Positions 18,078 through 25,839 of a stretch of 32,000 nt of DNA are shown here, in pieces (the first letter of the stretch is position 1; each line of letters begins with the position of its first letter). The notes beneath the pieces are model-generated. The model was not told where the DNA came from. It made no database searches and saw only the letters and a program-made list of their open reading frames with translations. Origin of the DNA: Ignicoccus hospitalis KIN4/I (GTDB lineage Archaea; Thermoproteota; Thermoprotei_A; Sulfolobales; Ignicoccaceae). The position numbers and the translations under genes were made by a program. The stretch is from the NCBI RefSeq assembly GCF_000017945.1, contig NC_009776.1:390001-422000 (forward strand), given 5' to 3'.

Positions 18078-21029
18078 TTGTCTTGTGAGGAGCTCTTCGC
18101 TAGGAAGGCTGCGGCCCTCCTCCACGACCCTCCGGAGAAGGTCTGGGCCAGCTTCTACAAGCACGAGAGCCACGAGAAGCGCGCGAAGGACGCCGCCAAG
18201 GAGTTCTTCGGAGAGGGATTTGTGAAAACGTTGGATGAGGTGAAGGAGCACGACCGCTTAGCATCCACCGTTGACCGGTGGACCGCCGTGGGAACGGAGG
18301 TCCGTGGAAGGCTCAACGAGGTGAGCTTGGTTAACCCCTTCGACCCGGAGTTCAGTTATAAGGTCAAAATGCCGAAGATTAAGGACGACGCGATAGCTAG
18401 GTACCGTATAACGCTGAAGAGTATCTTGGAGAAGGTAGAAGATTCCTCAAAGGGGGTGACGAGGAAGAAATACCACGCCCTCTACGCCTTCATGGAGCCC
18501 GCGTGGTACGTTGAGGTGGGCCAACCCCTCCCCGCGGACTCGAGGTTCCCCACCCACACCATCTTCGACCACGTCTACGCCACGGCTATGATGGTCAACA
18601 TTTACGACCCGAAGAAGAACTTCGACGGCTTCTTCGTTGAGGTGGAGATCCCGGAGGCCCGGAGCTTCTTGAAGGGCGGCAGGGGGCCAGGAGACTGGTG
18701 GGCCAGGGGCTGGCTGCTGTCCAACATCACTTGGCGCTTGGTGGAGGAGCTGGTCTGGGAGGTGGGGCCGGACATATTGCTATTCCCCACGGCCCGCTAC
18801 AACCCCTTCTATTACTCCTTGATCCAGGAGAAGATTCCAGAACTGAAGGAAGAGTACGAGAGGTACTTGAAGCCCTTGGGCTCCGTGAAGAACCCCGTAG
18901 TGCCCCCGGCGGTTTCCCTCTTCCTCCCCCGCTGCGCCATAGAGCTCATGAAGAGTTACCTCGAGGACAAGCACCCCAAAGATCTGAAGCTTGATTCTAC
19001 AAAGATAATAAAGATGTACTTCGAAACCAGGTTAAGGGAGGCGTGGGAGGACTTCGTGAAGAAGCTCTTAGAGGGCCTCAACTCCGTGGGGGAGGCCGGG
19101 CTGGAGGGGCTCCGGACGTTCGGCGCGGAGGGGGAGCTGGGCGCCGTCTTGGAGAGGGTTGAGGACAAGCCCCCCTTCGAGGTGAGGGTAACCGTAATAG
19201 ACTTGCGGAAGGCTTTAACGGAATTCAACAAGGTCTTAAAGGAGAGGTCCCTAATTCGCGGCGTAAAGGACGAGCTGAGGGAGCTGCTGGCCAAGAAGTA
19301 CCGCGTCAGAGTAGGGCCGGGGGAGGACTTGGTGAAGGTAATTAAAGGAAAGGTCAGTGACAAAGTGTTGCCGTATACAAGAAACGAGAACGACTTGGAG
19401 AGGGACTTGGAGAGGAAGCTCTTCTTCCACTGGCTCGTGACCAGCAAGCACGAGGCCGTCAAGGGGGCAGAGGACGTCGGCGTGGACCCGAGGCTGGTGG
19501 ACGGGTGGAGCTTGGAGGAGGGGAAGAGGACTTACGAGAGCTGTGTCCGCAACAGGCCGCTGTGCGCTTGCGGCAGGCCGGCCGCCGTGCACAACCCCAC
19601 CGACAAGGACACCAAGTTCGTTAGGGCCCACGAGGCCCTCTGCCCCTACTGTTTGGCCTTGAGGTTGGCCCAGCACGTCCCCTTGGCCGAGGGGTTGAGG
19701 GCGCCCAGGGCGCTCACCTCCACCTTGGCGGCCGCGCCGGAGCTCGCGTGCTGGTTAATAGAGAAGGGGAAGGCCTCGGCCAAGGGCGCCCGCGGGAGGG
19801 AGCTCGTGTGGACCTTAGCGAGGGCGCTGCTCGAGCCACCTCCGGGGGCGACCCGGCTCAACTTGGAGGCGCTGCCGGAGGAGCTGGAGGAGAAGGGGGA
19901 GCTGGTAGCGGGGCTCGAGGGCTTTGTGATCAGAATAACGAAGGAGGACCTCCGGGCCATAAATTCGATGAACAAGTACTTAGCTGTTATTAAATCCACC
20001 GTGGACCGCTTGGACGACCTCAAGAAGGGGAGGCTCCCCTACGGGACGGAGGAATACTTCAGAGAGGCGGTGAAGAAGGGCACCGGCTCCGAGGGCGGGA
20101 AGGACTTGGAGCTGGCGATCGATATAATAAAAATTGTGGTGGACTTCGCCCGAGGGCTGGCGCCGCAGAGGGCGGGCGGAGGGGAAGCTGGGCAGACGGT
20201 GCTGGTGACCCCGACCTACCTCTCCCAGCTCTCCTACTCCTTAATGACCCAAGCCTTGGTCGACGCGAAGTTAATAGAGCTGAACTTCGGCTTGCCCGCG
20301 CTCGCCTCCGGGGGAGAGCTGGTCGCCTTGGTCCCCGCCCGGACTAGGTGTGGGCCTAAGGGGCTGCCGGAGGAGCTGGGGAAGCTGCTAAAGGACGAGA
20401 CCCTCTTGAAGAGGGTCAAGGAGGATTACTACTCCCCCGCGCTCTGGGCCTGGTGGCTCACCCGCTTGAACCACTGGGGCCTCTTGGGCGAGCCCAAGGG
20501 CTTCCGGCGGAGCGAGCTCTTCTTCGCCCCGGCGCTCCTAGCCTACGGGAGGAGGTACGGAATAGCCATTAGGCACTTCAAGGACCCCTTAGCGAAGGTC
20601 TACGAAGAGGCCGAGGGGCTGGAGGCCCCCCTGAGGTCGACGGGGGACTGGACGGGCGTCAGCTACGGCCGGCTGGGCGCCGAGGGCGTGGCCTCGCCCA
20701 ACTCTCTGGGAGCCTCGAGGAAGGAGGAGGTAGCGGAGCGGGGCCTCGGACCCACTACAGCGAGCTTGGCGTTCCTAAACTACAAAGGGTTGAGCAACAA
20801 CTACTACTACGACCTAATCTCCTTCGTAGGCAAGTACGCTTCCGCGGGAGGGAGCTCGGAGGCCTTAGAGGCCTTAATAGAGTACGTGCTCAAGAGGAAC
20901 GTAGTTAGCGGAGGGGAGGGGGCGGCGAAAGAAGCCCTCGGGCGCCTCAAGAGGGCCTTGGGCGCCGGGGCCGAGGGCCTCGAACACCTCCTCGAGTTCG
21001 GCTTCCACTGGCACAAGGCCGCGAGGTGA
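18078..21029 (+). CDS. cas10: Cas10 / Cmr2 large subunit of type III-B-like complex
   Basis: The LLHDPPEK N-terminus resembles the P. furiosus Cmr2 HD motif. Also present: PADSRFPTHTIFDH, a Cys-rich treble-clef-like CACGRP....LCPYCLALR, and a palm-2 motif in the expected context (LASGGELVALVPAR). 983 aa. Confidence 0.9.
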   Translation: MSCEELFARKAAALLHDPPEKVWASFYKHESHEKRAKDAAKEFFGEGFVKTLDEVKEHDRLASTVDRWTAVGTEVRGRLNEVSLVNPFDPEFSYKVKMPKIKDDAIARYRITLKSILEKVEDSSKGVTRKKYHALYAFMEPAWYVEVGQPLPADSRFPTHTIFDHVYATAMMVNIYDPKKNFDGFFVEVEIPEARSFLKGGRGPGDWWARGWLLSNITWRLVEELVWEVGPDILLFPTARYNPFYYSLIQEKIPELKEEYERYLKPLGSVKNPVVPPAVSLFLPRCAIELMKSYLEDKHPKDLKLDSTKIIKMYFETRLREAWEDFVKKLLEGLNSVGEAGLEGLRTFGAEGELGAVLERVEDKPPFEVRVTVIDLRKALTEFNKVLKERSLIRGVKDELRELLAKKYRVRVGPGEDLVKVIKGKVSDKVLPYTRNENDLERDLERKLFFHWLVTSKHEAVKGAEDVGVDPRLVDGWSLEEGKRTYESCVRNRPLCACGRPAAVHNPTDKDTKFVRAHEALCPYCLALRLAQHVPLAEGLRAPRALTSTLAAAPELACWLIEKGKASAKGARGRELVWTLARALLEPPPGATRLNLEALPEELEEKGELVAGLEGFVIRITKEDLRAINSMNKYLAVIKSTVDRLDDLKKGRLPYGTEEYFREAVKKGTGSEGGKDLELAIDIIKIVVDFARGLAPQRAGGGEAGQTVLVTPTYLSQLSYSLMTQALVDAKLIELNFGLPALASGGELVALVPARTRCGPKGLPEELGKLLKDETLLKRVKEDYYSPALWAWWLTRLNHWGLLGEPKGFRRSELFFAPALLAYGRRYGIAIRHFKDPLAKVYEEAEGLEAPLRSTGDWTGVSYGRLGAEGVASPNSLGASRKEEVAERGLGPTTASLAFLNYKGLSNNYYYDLISFVGKYASAGGSSEALEALIEYVLKRNVVSGGEGAAKEALGRLKRALGAGAEGLEHLLEFGFHWHKAAR

Positions 21030-22010
21030 GTGAGGGTGATATCCGTAGAGCCCTTGACCGGAATAACCTTCAGGAAGCCCGGCCCCTTCGGCTTGACCCA
21101 GAGGGGCCCGCTGTCGGTCAGCTCCACGTACTTCATGAAGACTACAACGCTGCTGGGACTGTTGGCGTATACCAAGTACTCGGAGGACCCGAGCTGCGCG
21201 GAGGCCCCCGAGGAGCTCCCCTTGGGCTTCTCCGCCTTGGCCTCTTGCCTCCCGTGCAGGCCCCTCAGGGGCCCTTACGCCTCGGTGAGGAGCCAGCTCT
21301 ACTTCGGAGAGGAGAGGCCCTTCAACTTGAGCGCCTTGCTGGAGCTGTGGGAGAAGGGCCTCAAGGAGGAGGTGGAGGGCCTGGCAGAGGGGAGGAAGGT
21401 TCTGGAGGACGGAGAGGGCTTGATGGACTATTACGCGAAGAGCCCTGACTTTGAGAGGGTAAGCATAATCTCAAACAAGCTGGATAGAAGGACGAAGAGG
21501 AGTGCATTCGTCTTCGTCAGGGAGAGGTTAATAATGAGTGGCGTGGAGTTCTTCTTCGAGGAGGAGGGCTGCGGGGGCGTTAGGGAGGGCGTTTACGCCC
21601 TGGGCTCGGACGGCGGCTTGGCGAGGGTGAGGCGAAAGCCCTCCAACCCGGTGGAGGGGGCGCTGAAGGAGCTCTGGGGAGAGCGGTGGGGCGAGCCCGG
21701 GGCCAAGGCAACTGTGGTGGCGGTCAGCCCGATAATACTGGGCTTCAAGGACCCCCACGACCCGCGCTCCCACTGGAAGGGAGCATTAAGGGACGCCGCG
21801 CCCGTCCGGCTCTTCTCCCGTTACGAGGTGGAACTCCACCCCCTGGGGTGGGACATGAAGAGGAACTGCCCGAGGCCCTTCGCCCCCGCAATCAAACCGG
21901 GCTCCGCGGTCGTGGGGACGCTAGAGGTCTCACCCGAGGAGCTCTACTGGCGCGGGGTGGGGGAGCTCGCGGAGCTGGGCTTCGGGAGCGTCCTCCCCTT
22001 GCCTATGTAG
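21030..22010 (+). CDS. cmr3: Cmr3-like (Cas5-family) subunit
   Basis: N-terminal VEPLTGITFRKPGPF, mid NKLDRRTKRSAFVFVRERL and C-terminal GELAELGFGSVLP. The start abuts the cas10 stop with a 0-nt gap. Confidence 0.7.
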   Translation: MRVISVEPLTGITFRKPGPFGLTQRGPLSVSSTYFMKTTTLLGLLAYTKYSEDPSCAEAPEELPLGFSALASCLPCRPLRGPYASVRSQLYFGEERPFNLSALLELWEKGLKEEVEGLAEGRKVLEDGEGLMDYYAKSPDFERVSIISNKLDRRTKRSAFVFVRERLIMSGVEFFFEEEGCGGVREGVYALGSDGGLARVRRKPSNPVEGALKELWGERWGEPGAKATVVAVSPIILGFKDPHDPRSHWKGALRDAAPVRLFSRYEVELHPLGWDMKRNCPRPFAPAIKPGSAVVGTLEVSPEELYWRGVGELAELGFGSVLPLPM

Positions 22011-23502
22011 GGGAGCAAGCTTTCTCGAACATCTCCTTAGCCTTCCTAACGCCTATCGCTTTTATGAGTCTCCCCGCCCTGGGCCCGCGCTCCTTATCTA
22101 GCAAGGCCTTATAGACGAACTTGAAGGCATCCTTGGGGCTTAGGCCTACTTTCTTGGCGACCTCATACACCTTGTTGTGTATTTCCACCGCGTCCATGTC
22201 TTCCCTTAACTCCTCCGCGAGCGCCCTCAAGAACTCGCAGCCCTTAGGGTCGCTGACCTTGCCTTGCTTGACCGTAACCTCGTACTCCTCGGGCACGAAG
22301 CCCCTCTTGACCCACTCCTCCACGTAAGGGGCCAAGTCCTTCACTGCTTGGGGATCTCCGGTGAGCTCCCCGACCTTCTTCCAGTCCCGGTATATCTGGT
22401 AGTAGACCAGCAAGTCCGCGAAGCCGGCCCTCCAGACCCTTCCCCCGCTCAGCTCCCAAGCCCTCCTCCTCTTGGGGTCCTCGTCCTCGCCCAAGGCCAC
22501 CCTCCGGTACTCCTCGTAGAGCTGCATGAGGAACCTCGGGTCCATCTTGAAGTTTTTGTTTTCCTTTATATCGTGCTTAAGTATAAAGTACATTATCACT
22601 GAAGGGTGGAGGAGGGCCATTATCTCGTGTAAGGCGCCTATGCCCTTGCTCTTGCTCATCTTTTTTCCGTTCATCAACACGAAGCCGTAGCGGAAGCCCA
22701 CCGGCGGCTCCTTCCCGAAGACCTCCTTGTGGATCCTCTTCGCCGTATCCCACGAGCCTCCCTTGGTGAAGTGGTCTACCCCTCCGCCCTCCGCGTCCAC
22801 CCCCAAGAAGTCTTGCCTAGAGGGCCAGTCGAGCCTCCAAGCGAGCTTCCAGCGGTGAGAGGAGACTTCTACAGCCCCCTCGTGGCCGCAGGCCTCGCAC
22901 TTGTAATATATCTTGTCGCCCTCTACCTTCTTCACTACGGTTTTGTCTATCCTACCGCACTTCTCACAAATAGGCTTGACGAAGCCCCACCAGTCGTCCG
23001 GCAGCTTCCTCATCGCCGTCTCCTCCATAATTTTCTTCACTTTGTCGCGCTGCTCCACGAAGAGCCTCAAGTAGTCGTCGTACCAGCCTTGGGCATAGAG
23101 CTCGCTCGCCCTCAACACCTCGTCCGGCTTTATGCCGAACTTGTCCATGAGTTCCAAGAACTCCGCGAGGAAGTGCTCGCCGTAGCTCTCGTGACACCCG
23201 TAGGGGTCCGGCACCTCCGCCAAGGGCTTGCCCAAGTGCTTTTTCAGCTCCTCTTCCTTGTCCTTCAGAGTTTGGGGGATGTCGTCGAAAGCGTCCATTA
23301 TGTCCGCCACGAAGACGAACTCGGCGTCGTAGCCCCTCCGGCGGAGCTCTTGGACTATGGAGTAGGGGTAGATGAACTCGCTCAAGGTCCCCAAGTGGGC
23401 CGGTCCGGAGGTGGTGAGCCCCGACGCCACTACGAAGGCCCTACCGCCCCTTTTCTTTATTATCTCGTCGACGATCTTGTTCAACCACTCCACAGCGCGC
23501 AC
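22003..23502 (-). CDS. lysK: lysyl-tRNA synthetase, class I
   Basis: SGPAHLGT (HIGH-type) near the N-terminus, KMSKSKG, and a Cys-rich insertion (CEKCGR...CEACGH). ~499 aa, GTG start. Confidence 0.93.
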   Translation of the reverse strand: MRAVEWLNKIVDEIIKKRGGRAFVVASGLTTSGPAHLGTLSEFIYPYSIVQELRRRGYDAEFVFVADIMDAFDDIPQTLKDKEEELKKHLGKPLAEVPDPYGCHESYGEHFLAEFLELMDKFGIKPDEVLRASELYAQGWYDDYLRLFVEQRDKVKKIMEETAMRKLPDDWWGFVKPICEKCGRIDKTVVKKVEGDKIYYKCEACGHEGAVEVSSHRWKLAWRLDWPSRQDFLGVDAEGGGVDHFTKGGSWDTAKRIHKEVFGKEPPVGFRYGFVLMNGKKMSKSKGIGALHEIMALLHPSVIMYFILKHDIKENKNFKMDPRFLMQLYEEYRRVALGEDEDPKRRRAWELSGGRVWRAGFADLLVYYQIYRDWKKVGELTGDPQAVKDLAPYVEEWVKRGFVPEEYEVTVKQGKVSDPKGCEFLRALAEELREDMDAVEIHNKVYEVAKKVGLSPKDAFKFVYKALLDKERGPRAGRLIKAIGVRKAKEMFEKACSPT

Positions 23503-23552
23503 CGGGAGGAACTTCAGAGGGAGAGCTTGAAGCCCTTGTCGTCTCTCCTTTT

Positions 23553-24303
23553 CTTCCTATCCTCTTTTGAGACTCCACGGGTGAAAAAAGAGTACGTAAC
23601 GTGACGGCGATGGCAGCTTTCTATCCTCTTTTGAGACCCCACATAGAGGGGCCAGCGATCCTCCCGGCCGAAGTGAATGGAATCTACTTTCTATCTTCTT
23701 TTGAGACTCCACAGATGTACAAAAATATACATATTCCACTGCGACGATATGACCTTTCTATCCTCTTTTGAGACTCCACAAACCCTAGAACAAATAAAAA
23801 GAGCCTTACAAGAAGTTCTCTTTCTATTCTCTTTTGAGACTCCACGGCAGGGTCTACTCTCCTGAGGAACTTGAGGAGCTGCTGAGCTTTCTATTCTCTT
23901 TTGAGACTCCACTTCATCATACCGCAGGAGGCGTTCTCGCTAGTGCACTTTCCATTCTCTCTTGAGACTCCACAGCTTCTCGACGTTGACGAAGTTCAGT
24001 ATCGCGCGTACTTTCCATTCTCTCTTGAGACTCCACCGCATGCGGAGGAGGAGTGGTCATAAGAAGCGAAGATGGTAACTTTCCATTCTCTCTTGAGACT
24101 TCACGCCTTCGATGTTAAACTTCCATTCCCTTTGATGACACTTTCCATTCTCTCTTGAGACTTCACTGAAGGGGGTTCTCGGGTTAGCTGAACTCTTGAT
24201 ATCGTACTCTTTCCATTCTCTCTTGAGACTTCACATGGAAAGATAATACTGAGACCGACATGGGATTTCTGGTGTTACTTTCCATTCTCTCTTGAGACTT
24301 CAC
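23553..24303 (-). CRISPR. CRISPR array, 12 repeats of 26 nt and 11 spacers of 35-44 nt
   Basis: Repeats start at 23553, 23617, 23687, 23754, 23820, 23887, 23948, 24011, 24079, 24141, 24209 and 24278, each 26 nt. The plus-strand consensus at the 24.3-kb end is CTTTCCATTCTCTCTTGAGACTTCAC. The minus-strand reading GTGAAGTCTCAAGAGAGAATGGAAAG ends in the archaeal ...GAAAG 8-nt handle form. Degenerate repeats lie at the 23.55-kb end and a non-coding AT-richer flank at the 24.3-kb end, so the leader is placed at 24304 onward and transcription on the minus strand. Confidence 0.93.
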
Positions 24304-24640
24304 CGAAGCCTTCCATATAAAGCCCCAAGGTCTTTCCCTTAAAAGAATTGCGTTCTACCCCGAGTTCACAATTCCTCTGATTTTTCCCTTTATTCGAGAA
24401 ATTTTTCCTCTGCCCTTCCCTCCATGATCATCAGCGTTCCCATGAAAAGATATAAGGGGGTTTGAGAGAGTGAATAGTAATGGTGCGCTTTCGAATATAG
24501 GATGTTCCCATGTGGGTGAAGGTGGAAAGAGCCTTGATTATTTAGTTCGAGCTCACAATTGTATAATACTTCTGTTGAACCGCCAAGAACGGTCGCGCCA
24601 GAGTTAAGGGCCCCCGAAGCCGTCCGGGAGGAAACGCGCG
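24304..24640 (-). promoter_or_regulatory. putative CRISPR leader (also holds the trpG promoter on the plus strand)
   Basis: ~340 nt non-coding stretch, visibly AT-richer than its surroundings, next to the best-conserved repeat. Minus-strand AT boxes (CTTTATATGG from 24313-24322, CTTTTAAGGG from 24341-24350) are promoter candidates. Confidence 0.5.
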
Positions 24641-25246
24641 TTGAGGCCAGTCCTCTTGGTAGACCACAGGGACAGCTTCGTGCACAACGTAGAACAGATA
24701 ATAATGGAAGAGGGTTTCGCCGTGGCCACCTTGCGCCAGGAGGAGCTCTCGCCCTCGGCGGCTGAGAGGTTGAGGCCCTCCGCGATAGTCCTCTCCCCCG
24801 GTCCCGGCAACCCCTACGCGCAGAAGGACAAGTTCGAGACCAGCATAAGGATCGTGAACAAGTTCAAAGGCAAAGTGCCTATCCTCGGCATATGCTTGGG
24901 GATGCAAATAATAAACGTGGCCTTGGGCGGTACCTTGAGGAAGGCAAAGAGGGTCTACCACGGGGTGGTGGACGAAATAGTAGTGAAGGACAGAGGTCCC
25001 CTGTTCTTCGGCCTCCCGGAGAGGTTCCCCGCCACGCGCTACCACAGCTTGGTGGTGGACGAGCTGGGGGAGGGGCTGGTGGTGGAGGCCCTCTCGCTGA
25101 GCGACGGGGAGGTGATGGCGGTGAGGCACGAGGAGCTGCCGCTCTTCGGCCTCCAGTTCCACCCGGAGAGCATAGGCACCTTGCCCGCCGGCCAGAAGAT
25201 AATTAGGAACTTCTTGGCCCTCTCCAAGCCCCTCTCGCTGTTCTGA
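24641..25246 (+). CDS. trpG: class I glutamine amidotransferase, anthranilate/aminodeoxychorismate synthase component II-like
   Basis: LSPGPGNP, PILGICLGMQ (nucleophile Cys), RYHSL and FGLQFHPES. No trpE-like partner is adjacent. Confidence 0.82.
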   Translation: MRPVLLVDHRDSFVHNVEQIIMEEGFAVATLRQEELSPSAAERLRPSAIVLSPGPGNPYAQKDKFETSIRIVNKFKGKVPILGICLGMQIINVALGGTLRKAKRVYHGVVDEIVVKDRGPLFFGLPERFPATRYHSLVVDELGEGLVVEALSLSDGEVMAVRHEELPLFGLQFHPESIGTLPAGQKIIRNFLALSKPLSLF

Positions 25247-25272
25247 GGTGGTGCGCCACGAGGCCCTCCGAC

Positions 25273-25839
25273 GTGAGGACCTTCGCCTTCTGCCCTAGGT
25301 TGTACTTCTTCGAGAGGCACTTAGGTAAAGAGACTACGTTATACCAGAGGATAAGGATGTTCTTGGGGAGGATCTGGCACGCCTTGTTGGAGGCCCTCGA
25401 GGAGGAGGCGGAGGTGGAGGTGAGGGGCGAGCTGGCGGGCACGGAGGTGGTCGGGAAGGCTGACGTGGTGAAGGAGGACGCCGTGGTGGAGATAAAGAGC
25501 GGAGACGGGCCGTCGGACGGCGCTTGGTACGGGGACTACTTGCAAGCCTCCATTTACGCCGCCTTGTTAGGGCGCAAGAAAGTAATAATAAAGTATAGAA
25601 ACGGCGAGAGGACCTTCGAAGTGGACTTGGAGGAGCTCGAAAGGGTCTTGGAGCTGTTCAAGCTCGTGGCCGAGGGCTACTTGCCCCCTCCCAAGAGGAG
25701 CAAGTGGTGCAGCAAGTGCCCCTACAAGGACTTGTGCGACGCCTTGGGAGACGGGTGGGACGGGTGGTTCCCGAGGCTGCCCTACGTCAAGAGAGCCAAG
25801 GGGGTCCCAGCTCGAGGCTCTTCTCGAGCACGGCCTTAA
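25273..25839 (+). CDS. cas4: Cas4-family RecB-like exonuclease with Fe-S cysteines
   Basis: N-terminal Cys (FAFCPRLYFFE), RecB motif D..(VVEIKSG), QASIYAALL (QxxxY) and a C-terminal CSKCPYKDLC triad. Confidence 0.82.
   Translation: MRTFAFCPRLYFFERHLGKETTLYQRIRMFLGRIWHALLEALEEEAEVEVRGELAGTEVVGKADVVKEDAVVEIKSGDGPSDGAWYGDYLQASIYAALLGRKKVIIKYRNGERTFEVDLEELERVLELFKLVAEGYLPPPKRSKWCSKCPYKDLCDALGDGWDGWFPRLPYVKRAKGVPARGSSRARP

Noticed and set aside
18956-19462. Ser-rich 168-aa ORF, and other ORFs antisense to or out of frame within cas10
   Set aside because: They are shadow ORFs inside the 983-aa cas10 reading frame and have extreme Ser/Leu/Thr bias.
22729-23604. 291-aa plus-strand ORF
   Set aside because: It is entirely antisense to the class I LysRS gene, which has clear HIGH/KMSKS motifs. 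Its composition is biased (Leu/Pro/Val/Arg) and it runs into the first CRISPR repeat.
24133-24138. TGATGA (C-box-like) inside spacer 9 as a hint of a C/D box sRNA
   Set aside because: No properly spaced D, C' or D' boxes or terminal stem are present. It lies inside a regular CRISPR unit.
24332-24338. CTTTCCC in the leader as a 13th degenerate repeat
   Set aside because: Only the first 6 nt match the repeat, and the remaining ~20 nt show no similarity.
24542-25162. 206-aa minus-strand ORF across the leader/trpG region
   Set aside because: It is antisense to the trpG-like gene with its intact catalytic triad. Its His/Pro/Leu-rich composition is artefactual.
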